Source: an uncultured Candidatus Rokubacteria bacterium (GTDB taxonomy: Bacteria > Methylomirabilota > Methylomirabilia > Rokubacteriales > CSP1-6). Taken from it: a stretch of DNA of 64,000 nucleotides. The stretch covers positions 640,001 through 704,000 of the forward strand of contig CAVWWD010000003.1 in assembly GCA_963758635.1 (NCBI GenBank). The letters run 5' to 3'. The first letter of the stretch is position 1. The number at the start of each line of letters is the position of its first letter. A program made the translations under genes and the position numbers. Shown here piece after piece: positions 21,394-34,352 of the stretch. The notes beneath the pieces were generated by a model, which had not been told where the DNA came from, ran no database searches, and worked only from the letters and a program-made list of their open reading frames with translations.

Positions 21394-21915
21394 TCAGAGC
21401 GCGAAGGCGTGACGCGGTGCCTTGTCGGGCAGCCCTTCCTTCTGGATGCGTCGCTTGATGCGGTCACGGGTCACGGGGGGGAGCCGGTCGATGAAGAGGA
21501 TACCGTCCAGGTGGTCGATCTCGTGCTGGATCACCCGCGAGAGCATGCCCCGGGCCTCGATGGCCGTGGGCGACCCATCGCGGTCGGTGGCCTGGACGCG
21601 GATCCACTCGCTCCGCTCGACCTCTCCGAAGATGCCGGGAAGCGAGAGGCAGCCCTCCTCGCCCGCCATGGTTCCCCGCCGCTCCACGATCGAGGGGTTC
21701 ACGAGGGCGCGGGTGCCACGCTTGCCGTCGTCGATGACGACGAGCCGGAGCCCGATGCCCACCTGGGGCGCCGCGAGGCCGACCCCGACCTGATCGAACA
21801 TGGTCTCCACCATGTCGTCGATCGTGGACTGGATCTCCGGGGTGATCTCCCCCACCGGCTTCGCCTTCCGCCGGAGGACGGGATCGCCGTAGCGCCTGAC
21901 GCCGAGGACGGCCAT
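21394..21915 (-). CDS. def: Peptide deformylase
   Basis: GVGLAAPQVG, EGCLS, QHEIDH. Confidence 0.97.
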   Translation of the reverse strand: MAVLGVRRYGDPVLRRKAKPVGEITPEIQSTIDDMVETMFDQVGVGLAAPQVGIGLRLVVIDDGKRGTRALVNPSIVERRGTMAGEEGCLSLPGIFGEVERSEWIRVQATDRDGSPTAIEARGMLSRVIQHEIDHLDGILFIDRLPPVTRDRIKRRIQKEGLPDKAPRHAFAL

Positions 21916-21990
21916 GTGACTCGCTCTCCCTTGCTCGTGGATTCGGCTGGCGGATCGCCGCCGTCGCGGGCGGGCAAGGCGCGTCGACGC

Positions 21991-23790
21991 TCACCCCCAG
22001 GAGACGGGATCCACTTCTACTTCTACCACACCGGTGCGGCGGCGTCTCCGCTCGCGCAGGGAGCGGAGGGGCTCGGCGATCAGCGCGGGGAGGTCGGGCG
22101 GGCCCTTGATCGTCACGCTCCACCGTGGCCGGTGCGCGGCGGGGGCGCCGCGCCGGATCGGCGGGTACACGTCGAGCCCGGCGACGCCGCGGAGCGCGGC
22201 CACGCAGTCAACGACCAGCGCGCGCGCGGCCGCGTCCTCCGCGCCGGACACCGTCACCAGGCAGAGCCGCCGGTACGGCGGATACCCCAGCTCGGCGCGG
22301 AAGCCGAGCTCGGGCCCGTAGAACTCGTCGTGCTCGTGCCGGACGACCGCCCGCACCGCGTAGTGATCCGGGTGCAGCGTCTGCACGATCACCCGGCCGT
22401 CGGCGCGGACGGCCTCGGCCGCCGCCCACAGGCCCTGGAAGGCGCGCTCGCCGGCCCGGAAGTCGGGCTGACGCAGCAGCGAGTCGAGGGCCACGAACGC
22501 GGCGGCGCCGAGGCTCTGGCGCGGGAGCCCGCGCAGGAGCGCCGCCGTGCCGATGAGCACGGTCGCCCGGGCCGTGCCCTCCGCCGACCGCGGGCGGCCC
22601 CCGGCCCGCGCCACCGAGACGCCCGGGAAGCGCTTCCGCAGGGCCGCCTCGACCCGCTCGGCGCTCCAGCCCAGGGTCGAGAGGCGATGCCCCCCGCACT
22701 CCGCGCAGACGTCGGGCAGCGGGTCATGGCGGCCGCACAGCCGGCAGTCGAGGGACCGCGTGGCACGCGATGCGCCCTGCGCGACGCCGCAGTCGGGGCA
22801 GCGGACGATCGCGCCGCAGTCGTCGCAGCCCAGCGCGGCGCTGTCCCGGGCCAGGATCAAGGCGATCTGCCCCGCCCCACGTGCCGCGGCCTCGATCGCG
22901 CGGGTGAGCGGCAACGTGAGCGGATGATTGCGCAGGATGCCGCGCGTGTCGGCGGTGACGATGACGGGCCACGCCGAGGCCGGCGCCCGCGGCATGAGGA
23001 GGCGTCCCGCCCGTGCCCGCTCCCAGCTCTCCACGGACGGCGTCGCGGACAGGAGCAGCAGCCGCGCCCCCTCCCGGTGCGCGCGCTCGACGATGATGTC
23101 GCGCGAGTGCAGGCGCGGCGCCCCGGGCGGCTTGTGGGCGGGGTCGTGCTCATCGACCAGGGCCAGCGTGGCGGGCGGGGGCAGCGGAGCGAGGAGAGCG
23201 GACCGCGTGCCCACGACGACGCGTGGCCGCCCGCGGGCGGCGCCGAACCACGCGGCGCGCCGCGCCTCGTCGGGCGCCCCGCTGTCGAGCCGGGCGGCAT
23301 CGAGGCGCTGGGCCCACCGCGCGGAGATCTCCACGTCCGGCGCCACCACGAGCGCGGCGCCGTGCTCGCGCGCCAGGGTCTCCACGAGGCGCTCCTCGCG
23401 GCCGTCGTCGATCCAGAGCTCGGCCAGGGTGGCGTGAGCGCCTACCACGTCGGGCGGCGCGGCCACGGCCTCGACGCCCTGGCGCGCCGGCGGCGGGGAC
23501 AGCGCGGCCAGCGTCGAGCCGAGTGTCGAGAGGCTCTCCGAGGCGGCCCGGCGCGCCACATCGAGCATGGCGGGCGAGAAGACCGGCGCGCCGTCGACCG
23601 GGCCGAGCAGCGCGCGCAGGCCGTCGGGGCTGCGATCGCCCACGGCGACGACGACGCCGACCCGCGGCCGCCCCTGGAGCGGCGCGCGCACGCGCTGCCC
23701 CGGGGCCACGGCCACGCCGGGCGGGACCACGTAGCTGAAGGCGCGATCCAGCGGCAGGTCGAAGACAACGTCGGCGACGGGGGCGGTCAA
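21991..23790 (-). CDS. priA: Primosomal protein N' (PriA)-like with degenerate helicase motifs; in frame with upstream UDG
   Basis: FSYVVP..GQRV, GTRSALLAP, DEHD, SATPS, four CxxC, ELGYPPY; no Walker A. Confidence 0.8.
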   Translation of the reverse strand: MTAPVADVVFDLPLDRAFSYVVPPGVAVAPGQRVRAPLQGRPRVGVVVAVGDRSPDGLRALLGPVDGAPVFSPAMLDVARRAASESLSTLGSTLAALSPPPARQGVEAVAAPPDVVGAHATLAELWIDDGREERLVETLAREHGAALVVAPDVEISARWAQRLDAARLDSGAPDEARRAAWFGAARGRPRVVVGTRSALLAPLPPPATLALVDEHDPAHKPPGAPRLHSRDIIVERAHREGARLLLLSATPSVESWERARAGRLLMPRAPASAWPVIVTADTRGILRNHPLTLPLTRAIEAAARGAGQIALILARDSAALGCDDCGAIVRCPDCGVAQGASRATRSLDCRLCGRHDPLPDVCAECGGHRLSTLGWSAERVEAALRKRFPGVSVARAGGRPRSAEGTARATVLIGTAALLRGLPRQSLGAAAFVALDSLLRQPDFRAGERAFQGLWAAAEAVRADGRVIVQTLHPDHYAVRAVVRHEHDEFYGPELGFRAELGYPPYRRLCLVTVSGAEDAAARALVVDCVAALRGVAGLDVYPPIRRGAPAAHRPRWSVTIKGPPDLPALIAEPLRSLRERRRRRTGVVEVEVDPVSWG

Positions 23791-24501
23791 CCGCGGCTGG
23801 CCGGCGGTGAGGCGGTCGTACTCGCGGCGCGCGAGCTTCAGATCCTCCCAGGCCATGCGCCGGTACTCGTCTCCGGGGTTGCGCAGGAGGAAGGCGGGGT
23901 GGAACGTCGGCACCAGCACGCTCGATCGGTAGGGGTACGCGCGCCCGCGGATCTTCGTGATGCCCTCCTTCGTGCCGAGGAGGGTCTGGGCCGCGAAGTT
24001 GCCGAGGGCGAGGATGACCGCGGGCTTCACGGTGTCGATCTGCGCCATGAGGAACGGGTTGCACGCCGCCACCTCGTCGGGCTCCGGGTTCCGGTTCCGT
24101 TCCGGCCGGCACTTGACGACGTTGGCGATGTAGCAGTCGCGCTCACGATCGAATGCCACGCCCTTGGATTCGAGCATCTTGGTGAGGAGCTGGCCCGCCC
24201 GCCCGACGAACGGCTTGGCCTGCCGGTCTTCCTCCTCGCCCGGCCCTTCCCCGACGACCATGAGCTTGGCCGTGCCCGGGCCCGATCCGAAGGCGATCGT
24301 CGTGCGGCTCTTGCAGAGCTTGCAGCGCGTGCAGCCCTGGAGCGCCGCCTCCTGCCCGGCGAGCGCGTCGTCGGGGCCCGGGAAGGGATCGCCGGCGGCG
24401 AACGTCATGTCGGTGAAGCCGAGCGCGCGATGGTGCCGGAGGGTCTCGGCCAGGCCCCGGAGCGCGTCGGCCAGTGCGTGCGACGGAGAGCTGTCGAGCA
24501 T
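23787..24501 (-). CDS. Family 4 (Fe-S) uracil-DNA glycosylase; no in-frame stop before PriA
   Basis: CTRCKL, VGEGPG, PFVGRAG, NVVKCRP, HPAFLLR. Confidence 0.9.
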
Positions 24502-24514
24502 CGGCGCGCGGCAC

Positions 24515-25748
24515 TCAGCGCGCGGGGGTCGGGGCGGGGGCGGAGGCGCCGGCGCGGAGCGCGAGCACCCGGTCCAGGATCGCGTCGGCCACGGCGAGCT
24601 TCGGCATGCGCACGAGCTCGACGGCGCCGCCCCAGCGGTCGAGCAGCAGCACCTCGTTGTCGTCGGCGTCGAAGCCGATGCCGCGCTGGCTCACGTCGTT
24701 GGCGACCATGAGGTCGATGCCCTTGGCCGCCAGCTTCTGTGCGGCGTAGGCGCGCACCTCGTTGGTCTCGGCGGCGAAGCCCACGAGGAAGGCGCCGCCC
24801 TTCCGCCCCGCGACCTCCTTGAGGATGTCGGGGTTCGGGACCAGCTCGAGCGTGAGCCCCTCGTCCTTCTTGGATTTGATCTTGCTCCCGCTCGGATCCT
24901 TCACGCGGTAGTCGGCCACCGCCGCCGCCTTGACCACGATGGTGGTCCCGACCAGGTGATGCAGCACGGCGTCGCGCATGTCCTCGGCGGTCTGCACGGG
25001 GACGTAGATGGCGCCGGACGGCGGTGTGAGCGCGGTGGGCCCGGACACCAGGACGACCTCGGCACCCCGGCGCAGCGCGGCGGTGGCGACGGCGTGTCCC
25101 ATCTTCCCGGACGACCGGTTCGAGAGGTAGCGGACGGGATCGATGGGCTCGCGCGTGGGACCCGAGGTCACCAGGAGCCGCTCGCCCCCGAGGTCACGCC
25201 GCGCCGACGAGCGCGCGCTCGAGGGCCTCGAGGATGGCCTCCGCCTCGGGCAGGCGCCCCTTGCCCGTCAGCCCGGAGGCGAGCGGCCCCGCCTCCGGCT
25301 CGAGCACGGTGACGCCGCGCGCCCGGAGCGTGGCCACGTTGGCCACCACCGCGGGATGGTCCCACATGCCGCCGTCCATGGCCGGGGCCATCAGCACCGG
25401 GCACCGCGCGGCGAGCAGCAGCGTGGTCAGGAAATCGTCGGCCAGCCCGTGCGCGGCGCGGGCGAGCGCGTGCGCGGTGGCCGGCGCCACCAGCATGGCG
25501 TCGGCCCGCTCGGCCAGCGCCACGTGCTCCACCGCGTCGCCGCTCTGCGGGTCGAAGAGATCGGTGAGGACGGGCCGGCCGGAGAGCGTCCGCCAGGTCA
25601 GCGGGGCCACGAAGCGGTCGGCGTGCGTGGTGGTCACCACGGTCACGCGCGCGCCGGCCCGCGTGAGCTCCCGGAGCAGGTACGCCGCCTTGAACGCGGC
25701 GATGCTGCCCGTGACGCCCAGGATCAGCTCGCGGCCGGCCAGGGGCAT
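24515..25748 (-). CDS. coaBC: Bifunctional CoaBC, frameshifted near 25190
   Basis: GVTGSIAAFK, APAM; TSGPTREPIDPVRYLSNRSSGKMG, VGFAAET. Confidence 0.92.
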
Positions 25749-25760
25749 GACGGCGCCGGG

Positions 25761-25973
25761 TCAGGTGCGCGGGGCGTCCTCGTCCTTCACGCGGTAGCCG
25801 ACCTTGCCGTCGGCGATCTCCTCCAGCGACACGCTCGTGGGCTTCTTGTGCTTCGATTCGAGCTGGGGAGCGGCGCCGCGGTTGATCTGCCGCGCGCGCT
25901 TGGCCGCGAGGACGACGAGCAGGTAGCGGTTGGACACCTTCTCCAGCGACTTCTCCAGCGAGGGGAACGCCAT
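25761..25973 (-). CDS. rpoZ: RNA polymerase omega subunit
   Basis: NRYLLVVLAAKRARQI, SLEEIADGK. Confidence 0.93.
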   Translation of the reverse strand: MAFPSLEKSLEKVSNRYLLVVLAAKRARQINRGAAPQLESKHKKPTSVSLEEIADGKVGYRVKDEDAPRT

Positions 25974-26611
25974 CAGTCTGGGACCTCCAGGTCCGGGAAC
26001 TTGAGGGTCAGGCGGCTCGTCCGCCAGCGCTCGCCCTGGATGATCGTGGCGAGCCGCTCGACGGCCTCCTTCACGTCCCGGTTGATGATGAGGTAGTCGT
26101 ACTCGCGCCAGGAGGCCATCTCCTCGCGCGCGCGCGTCAGCCGGCGCGCGATGTCGTCGGGGGCATTCTGCCGGCGTTCGCGCAGCCGCGCCGCCAGCAC
26201 GGTGAGCGAGGGCGCCATGATGAACACGGTGACCGCCTCCGGGTACCGCGTGCGCAGGTGGCGGGCGCCCTGGGTGTCGATGTCGAGGAGCACGTCCTCG
26301 CCGCGGGCCAGCGCCGCCTCGAGCGGCCGGGCGGGCGTGCCGTAGAGGTGGCCGTGGACCACCGCCCACTCGGCGAACTCGTCGCGATCGCGCGTGGCCA
26401 CGAACTCCGCCTCGGTGATGAAGTGGAAGTCGACGCCGTTCGTCTCGCCGGCCCGGGGCGCGCGCGTGGTGCAGGAGACGGAGTAGAACAGGCTGGGCAC
26501 GAGCGTGCGGACCTCGTGGCAGAGCGTGGTCTTGCCCGCGCCCGACGGCGCCGACACCACGACCAGCGCGCCGCGCCTCCGGAGGAGCAGACCGTCCTTG
26601 CCGTCACCCAT
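25973..26611 (-). CDS. gmk: Guanylate kinase
   Basis: APSGAGKTT, SCTTRAPRAGE, LLDIDTQGA. Confidence 0.95.
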   Translation of the reverse strand: MGDGKDGLLLRRRGALVVVSAPSGAGKTTLCHEVRTLVPSLFYSVSCTTRAPRAGETNGVDFHFITEAEFVATRDRDEFAEWAVVHGHLYGTPARPLEAALARGEDVLLDIDTQGARHLRTRYPEAVTVFIMAPSLTVLAARLRERRQNAPDDIARRLTRAREEMASWREYDYLIINRDVKEAVERLATIIQGERWRTSRLTLKFPDLEVPD

Positions 26612-26623
26612 CGTGCCGGGCCC

Positions 26624-27508
26624 TCATTCCAGGTTCTGCACCTGCTCGCGGAGCTTCTCGAGCGTGGACTTGGCCGCGATCACCGTCTGGGACAGCTCGA
26701 GGTCGTCGGCCTTCGAGCCCACCGTGTTGACCTCGCGGTTCATCTCCTGGATCAGGAAGTCGAGCGTCCGGCCCACGGTGCCGCCCTCCCGCATGAGCGT
26801 GGCGAACTGCTCGAGGTGCGCGGCCAGCCGGGTGAGCTCCTCGGCCACGTCGCTCTTGACTGCCCACGCGGCGATCTCCGTCGCCAGCCGCGCCTCGTCC
26901 ACCGGGGTCTCGCCGACCATGGCCTGGATGCGCTCGCGCACGCGGGCGGCTTGCCGCGCCGCCGCCTGGGGCACGCGCTCGGCCATGAAGCCGACCTGCG
27001 CGGCCAGCGTCTGCTGGAGCGCGCCCAGGTCCTTGGCGAGCGCCGCGCCTTCCGTCTCGCGGCGCGCCACCAGCTCGGAGAGGGCGCGGCCGAGCGCGTC
27101 GGCCAGCAGGCTCCATCCTTCCTCGGGCGCGGTGGCCGGCTCGGCCTCGCGTGAGAGCACGCCGGGCTGGCCGAGCACCCACTCGAGGCTCGCCGAGGCG
27201 GGCAGGGCGAGTGCCTCGGCCACCTGTGCGGCGAGGGCGGCGTACTCGCGCGCCTGCTGCAGGTTCGCCACCACCGGGGTTAACGTCCCGCCGCCGCCGC
27301 TGCCGAGCCGCACCGTCACCTCGACCCGGCCGCGCTGGAGCGCGGACTGGACCATGTGCCGGGCGTCCAGCTCGAAGGCGGACAGGAGCGTGGGCAGGCG
27401 GAGGGCGATATCCAGGCTCCGGTGGTTCAGCGACTTGCACTCGACCGAGACGGCAAGGCGGGCTCCCGATGCCTCGGCTCGGCCGTACCCCGTCATGCTA
27501 CGGATCAC
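26624..27508 (-). CDS. yicC: YicC/YloC family endoribonuclease
   Basis: SMTGYG, EELTRL, LDFLIQEMNREVNT, REQVQNLE. Confidence 0.93.
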   Translation of the reverse strand: MIRSMTGYGRAEASGARLAVSVECKSLNHRSLDIALRLPTLLSAFELDARHMVQSALQRGRVEVTVRLGSGGGGTLTPVVANLQQAREYAALAAQVAEALALPASASLEWVLGQPGVLSREAEPATAPEEGWSLLADALGRALSELVARRETEGAALAKDLGALQQTLAAQVGFMAERVPQAAARQAARVRERIQAMVGETPVDEARLATEIAAWAVKSDVAEELTRLAAHLEQFATLMREGGTVGRTLDFLIQEMNREVNTVGSKADDLELSQTVIAAKSTLEKLREQVQNLE

Positions 27509-27561
27509 TGGAGGTCTCCGAGCGTCGAGGAATGGGAATGAACGGGTCCAACCACCATCGC

Positions 27562-27590
27562 ATGGTAGTGCAAAACGTCAGTCTCGTCAA
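27562..27590 (-). promoter_or_regulatory. Candidate sigma-70 promoter for yicC-gmk-rpoZ
   Basis: TTGACG-N17-TACCAT in an AT-richer gap. Confidence 0.6.
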
Positions 27591-27736
27591 TATGTTCCGG
27601 CCAATTCCCCGTCCGGGAAGTCACGGACGGGATCTTCCTGGGCGGCCCCGTCGAGGGTGCCAGGCGGGCCGGAATCGGAGCAGTGTCGGGGGCTTGCCCG
27701 CCGCTGTCCCTGTCCGGCGGGGGACCTGGCCAGGGG

Positions 27737-28261
27737 TCAGGCGAACCTGGCGACGTAGGGGAGGTTTCGAAAGCGCTCGTCCGCGTCCAGCCCATAGCCC
27801 ACGACGAACACGTCCGGGATCTCGCGTCCGACGTAGTCCAGCGTCAGCTCCACGGGGCGGGGGCGCTGCTTCGCCAGGAACGCGCAGACCTTGAGCGAGG
27901 CGGGATGCCGCGTGTGGAAGTTCCGGAGGAGGTACGACAGGCTGAGGCCGCCGGCGCAGATGCCCTCGACCACGAGCACGTCCTTGCCCTCGATCGGCTC
28001 ATCGAGGTCCTTGCGGATGCGGACGACCCCCGACGCGCTGATCGTGGTCCCGTAGGGCACGATCGAGATGAAGTCCACGGTGACGGGGATCGTGAGGCTG
28101 CGCATCAGGTCGGCGACGAAGATGGCCGCGCCCTTGAGCACTCCGACCAGGTGCAGCGGCCGGCCCGCGTAGTCGCTCGAGATCTGGGCGCCGAGGCGCG
28201 CCACCTCCGCGCGGATGGCGTCCTCGTCGAGCACGACGGGGCCGAGGCCGTTCGTGGGCAC
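27737..28261 (-). CDS. hpt: Hypoxanthine phosphoribosyltransferase-like protein with degenerate PRPP motif
   Basis: GVLKGA, FVADL, FVVGYGLD, RNLPY; VEGICAGGLS replaces VEDIxDxGxT. Confidence 0.8.
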   Translation of the reverse strand: MPTNGLGPVVLDEDAIRAEVARLGAQISSDYAGRPLHLVGVLKGAAIFVADLMRSLTIPVTVDFISIVPYGTTISASGVVRIRKDLDEPIEGKDVLVVEGICAGGLSLSYLLRNFHTRHPASLKVCAFLAKQRPRPVELTLDYVGREIPDVFVVGYGLDADERFRNLPYVARFA

Positions 28262-28272
28262 GGACTCGGGTC

Positions 28273-28887
28273 TCACGCGAACCGGGTGGCCCTGACGAAG
28301 TCGCGCGCGTCTCCGAGGACGCCGCGGTCGACCGCGGCGTCCCGTTCGAGCTCGTCGAAGCACCGGGAGATGGTGAGGACGCTGTGGAGCGTGTAGCCCT
28401 TGGCGGCGAGCCGCTCGGCGCCGCCCTGCTCGCGGTCGATCAGGATCACGAGGTCCTTCACGACCAGGCCCGCCTCCTCCAGGGGCTGGATCGCCTCGAA
28501 CTTGCTCGCCCCGTCCGTGACGATGTCGTCGATCACCACCACCTGCTCGCCCGGCTCGAAGTGCCCCTCGATGCGCCGCCGCATCCCGTAGGCCTTCTCC
28601 TCGCGGCGGGGATAGACCAGGGGAAATCCGCCGGCGAGGCTCGTCGCCACGGCCAGCGGCAGCCCCGCGTAGGGGATGCCGGCGATGCGATCGACGCGGC
28701 AGCGCCGGACCAGCTCCGCCATGCGCCGGCCGATGCTCGCGAGGACGTCGGGATGCGAGATCACCACGCGCAGGTCGATGTAGAACGGCGAGACCACGCC
28801 CGACTTCAGCGTGAACCGGCCGAACCGAAGGGCCCCGATCTCGTGCAGGCGCCGGATGAGTGACGCGTCGGTGGCGATCTCGGTCAC
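28273..28887 (-). CDS. pyrE: Orotate phosphoribosyltransferase
   Basis: [30 protein letters not shown]. Confidence 0.92.
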   Translation of the reverse strand: MTEIATDASLIRRLHEIGALRFGRFTLKSGVVSPFYIDLRVVISHPDVLASIGRRMAELVRRCRVDRIAGIPYAGLPLAVATSLAGGFPLVYPRREEKAYGMRRRIEGHFEPGEQVVVIDDIVTDGASKFEAIQPLEEAGLVVKDLVILIDREQGGAERLAAKGYTLHSVLTISRCFDELERDAAVDRGVLGDARDFVRATRFA

Positions 28888-28984
28888 GATGCGATGTCCT
28901 CGATCAGATTGTCGCGCAACGCGGACCTTGCCTCACCGCGCGGGCCAACGCCGCGATTCTGCGTTCGCATGCGATGCCGTCTCG

Positions 28985-29696
28985 TCACTGGTTCATCTCC
29001 TCCAGGAGGGTGAGGGCAGCGCGGGCCGGATCGGGCGCGGCCACGATGGGCCGCCCGACGACGATGTAGCGAGCCCCGGCCTGGATCGCCGCGGCCGGGG
29101 TGGCGGTGCGCGCCTGGTCGCCGGCGTCGCTGCCGGCCGGGCGCACGCCCGGCGTCACGATCGTCCAGGCCGCGCCGAGCTGGCGGCGGATCGGCGCGAC
29201 CTCCCGTGGCGAGGCCACGCAGCCGTCGAGCCCGCTCTCCCTGGCGAGCCGGCTCAGGTGGAGCACGTGGCCCTCCACCGAGCTGGCCACGCCCAGCTCC
29301 TCGTGGAGCTCGCGGCGACCGAGGCTGGTGAGCACGCTCACCGCCACGACGAGCGGGCGCCGGAGGCCGAGGTCACGCGCGGCGCCCGCCGCGCCCTCCG
29401 CGGCCGCGCGCATCATGGCGCGCCCGCCCGAGGCGTGCACCGTGAACATGAACACGCCGAGCCGGGTGGCCTCGCGGGCCGCGCCGATCACGGTGTTGGG
29501 GATGTCGTGGAACTTGAGGTCGAGGAACACCTCGACGCCGCGCTTGAGGGCCACGTCCACCGCGGCGGGGCCCGCGGCCGCGGAGAGCTGCGAGCCGATC
29601 TTCACCCGGCTGACCACGCCGTGCAGCCGGTCGAGGAGCGCGGCGGCTTCCTCGAGCGTCGGCACGTCGAGGGCCACGATGAGCCGATCGCGGGCC

Positions 29697-29710
<14 letters not shown>
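28985..29710 (-). CDS. pyrF: Orotidine 5'-phosphate decarboxylase
   Basis: [30 protein letters not shown]. Confidence 0.96.
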
Positions 29711-32909
<3,199 letters not shown>

Positions 32910-32924
32910 GGACGCCTCGCCCGG

Positions 32925-33191
32925 CTACTCCTGGACGAGCCCGTAGATGATGGACACGTCCGGGCCCGCCTCCTCGCGCTTGTAGAGCACGTCGTCGAGG
33001 CGGCCCGCGCCGATCCACACCACCTCGCCGGCGCCCCAGAGCTTCTCGCCGAGCACGCCCATGCGGCGGTCGACGCGCTCGCGCACGGCGTGGGCCTCGA
33101 GCGACAGCTCGCTCTCCGTGGTGAAGCTGGTCCACTCGGGCTTCTGCCCCGCTTCCTCGGTCTTGCGATAGGAGATCAGATACTTGGCCAT
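32925..33191 (-). CDS. Hypothetical 88-aa protein
   Basis: Good RBS, GC3-biased codons, tight packing between carA and carB. Confidence 0.7.
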   Translation of the reverse strand: MAKYLISYRKTEEAGQKPEWTSFTTESELSLEAHAVRERVDRRMGVLGEKLWGAGEVVWIGAGRLDDVLYKREEAGPDVSIIYGLVQE

Positions 33192-33197
33192 GCGACG

Positions 33198-34352
33198 TCA
33201 TCCTCCCCCGGCGCCCGTCACGCGGGCGCGATCGGCCTGCCCCTGCATCAGGGCGATGAAGCGGTCGAAGAGATAGTGGGCGTCGTGCGGGCCCGGCGAG
33301 GCCTCCGGGTGGTACTGCACCGAGAACACCGGCAGCTCCCGGTGCCGCATGCCCTCCGACGTCCCGTCGTTGAGGTTCACGTGCGTCTCCTCGAAGCCGG
33401 CCCGGGCGACCAACGTCGGGTCCACGGCGAATCCGTGGTTCTGGGCGGTGATCTCGACGCGGCCGGTGGCGATGTCCCGCACCGGGTGGTTCGCGCCGTG
33501 GTGGCCGAACTTGAGCTTGTACGTGCTCCCGCCCGCGGCCAGCCCCAGGATCTGGTTGCCGAGACAGATGCCGAAGATGGGCACGTGGCCGATGAGGTCG
33601 CGCACCGTGCGCACCAGGTACGCCACCGCCTCGGGGTCGCCCGGCCCGTTGGAGAGGAAGACCCCATCCGCCTTCCGCTCCCGCACGGCCGCCGCCGGCG
33701 TGCCCGCCGGCACCACGTCGAGCTCGCAGCCCAGCGCGGCGAGCTGACGCAGGATGTTGCTCTTGATGCCCGAGTCGAACGCCACCACGCGGAAGCGCGG
33801 CGGCGGGGGCGTCACGTAGCCGCGCCCGAGCTGCCAGTCGCCCTCCGTCCATCCGTGCCGCGCGTCCACCGACACCTCGCTCACGAGATCGCGTCCGACC
33901 AGCCCCGGGCGCTGCCGCGCGCGCTCGACGAGCCGGTCGGGGTCCGTCTCCCGCGTCGAGATGATGCCTTCCTGCGCGCCGCGGTCCCGGAGATGCCGCG
34001 TGAGCGCGCGCGTGTCGATGCCCTGGATCCCCACGATGCCGTGCCGCGCGAGGTAGGCGTCGAGCGTCACCTGACTCCGCCAGCTCGACGGGTAGGGGCA
34101 CGCCTCCTTCACGATGAAGCCGTCCACCCACGGGCGGCGGGACTCCACGTCCTCGGCGTTCACCCCGTAGTTGCCGATCAGCGGGTACGTCATGCAGACG
34201 AGCTGACCCCGGTACGAGGGGTCGGTGAGGATCTCCTGATAGCCGGTCATGGAGGTGTTGAAGACCACCTCGCCGGCCGCCTCGCCGGTGGCGCCGCAGC
34301 TCTCGCCGCGGAACACGCGGCCGTCGGCGAGCGCGAGGAGGGCCTCCGTCAC
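33198..34352 (-). CDS. carA: Carbamoyl-phosphate synthase small subunit
   Basis: GEVVFNTSMTGYQE, SNGPGDP, GICLG, QYHPEASPGP. Confidence 0.97.
   Translation of the reverse strand: MTEALLALADGRVFRGESCGATGEAAGEVVFNTSMTGYQEILTDPSYRGQLVCMTYPLIGNYGVNAEDVESRRPWVDGFIVKEACPYPSSWRSQVTLDAYLARHGIVGIQGIDTRALTRHLRDRGAQEGIISTRETDPDRLVERARQRPGLVGRDLVSEVSVDARHGWTEGDWQLGRGYVTPPPPRFRVVAFDSGIKSNILRQLAALGCELDVVPAGTPAAAVRERKADGVFLSNGPGDPEAVAYLVRTVRDLIGHVPIFGICLGNQILGLAAGGSTYKLKFGHHGANHPVRDIATGRVEITAQNHGFAVDPTLVARAGFEETHVNLNDGTSEGMRHRELPVFSVQYHPEASPGPHDAHYLFDRFIALMQGQADRARVTGAGGG

Noticed and set aside
21409..24711. Long plus-strand ORFs (e.g. 21409-24711, 29100-31991, 32175-35150, 45317-48292)
   Set aside because: Antisense shadows of real minus-strand genes in high-GC DNA, with no recognisable motifs
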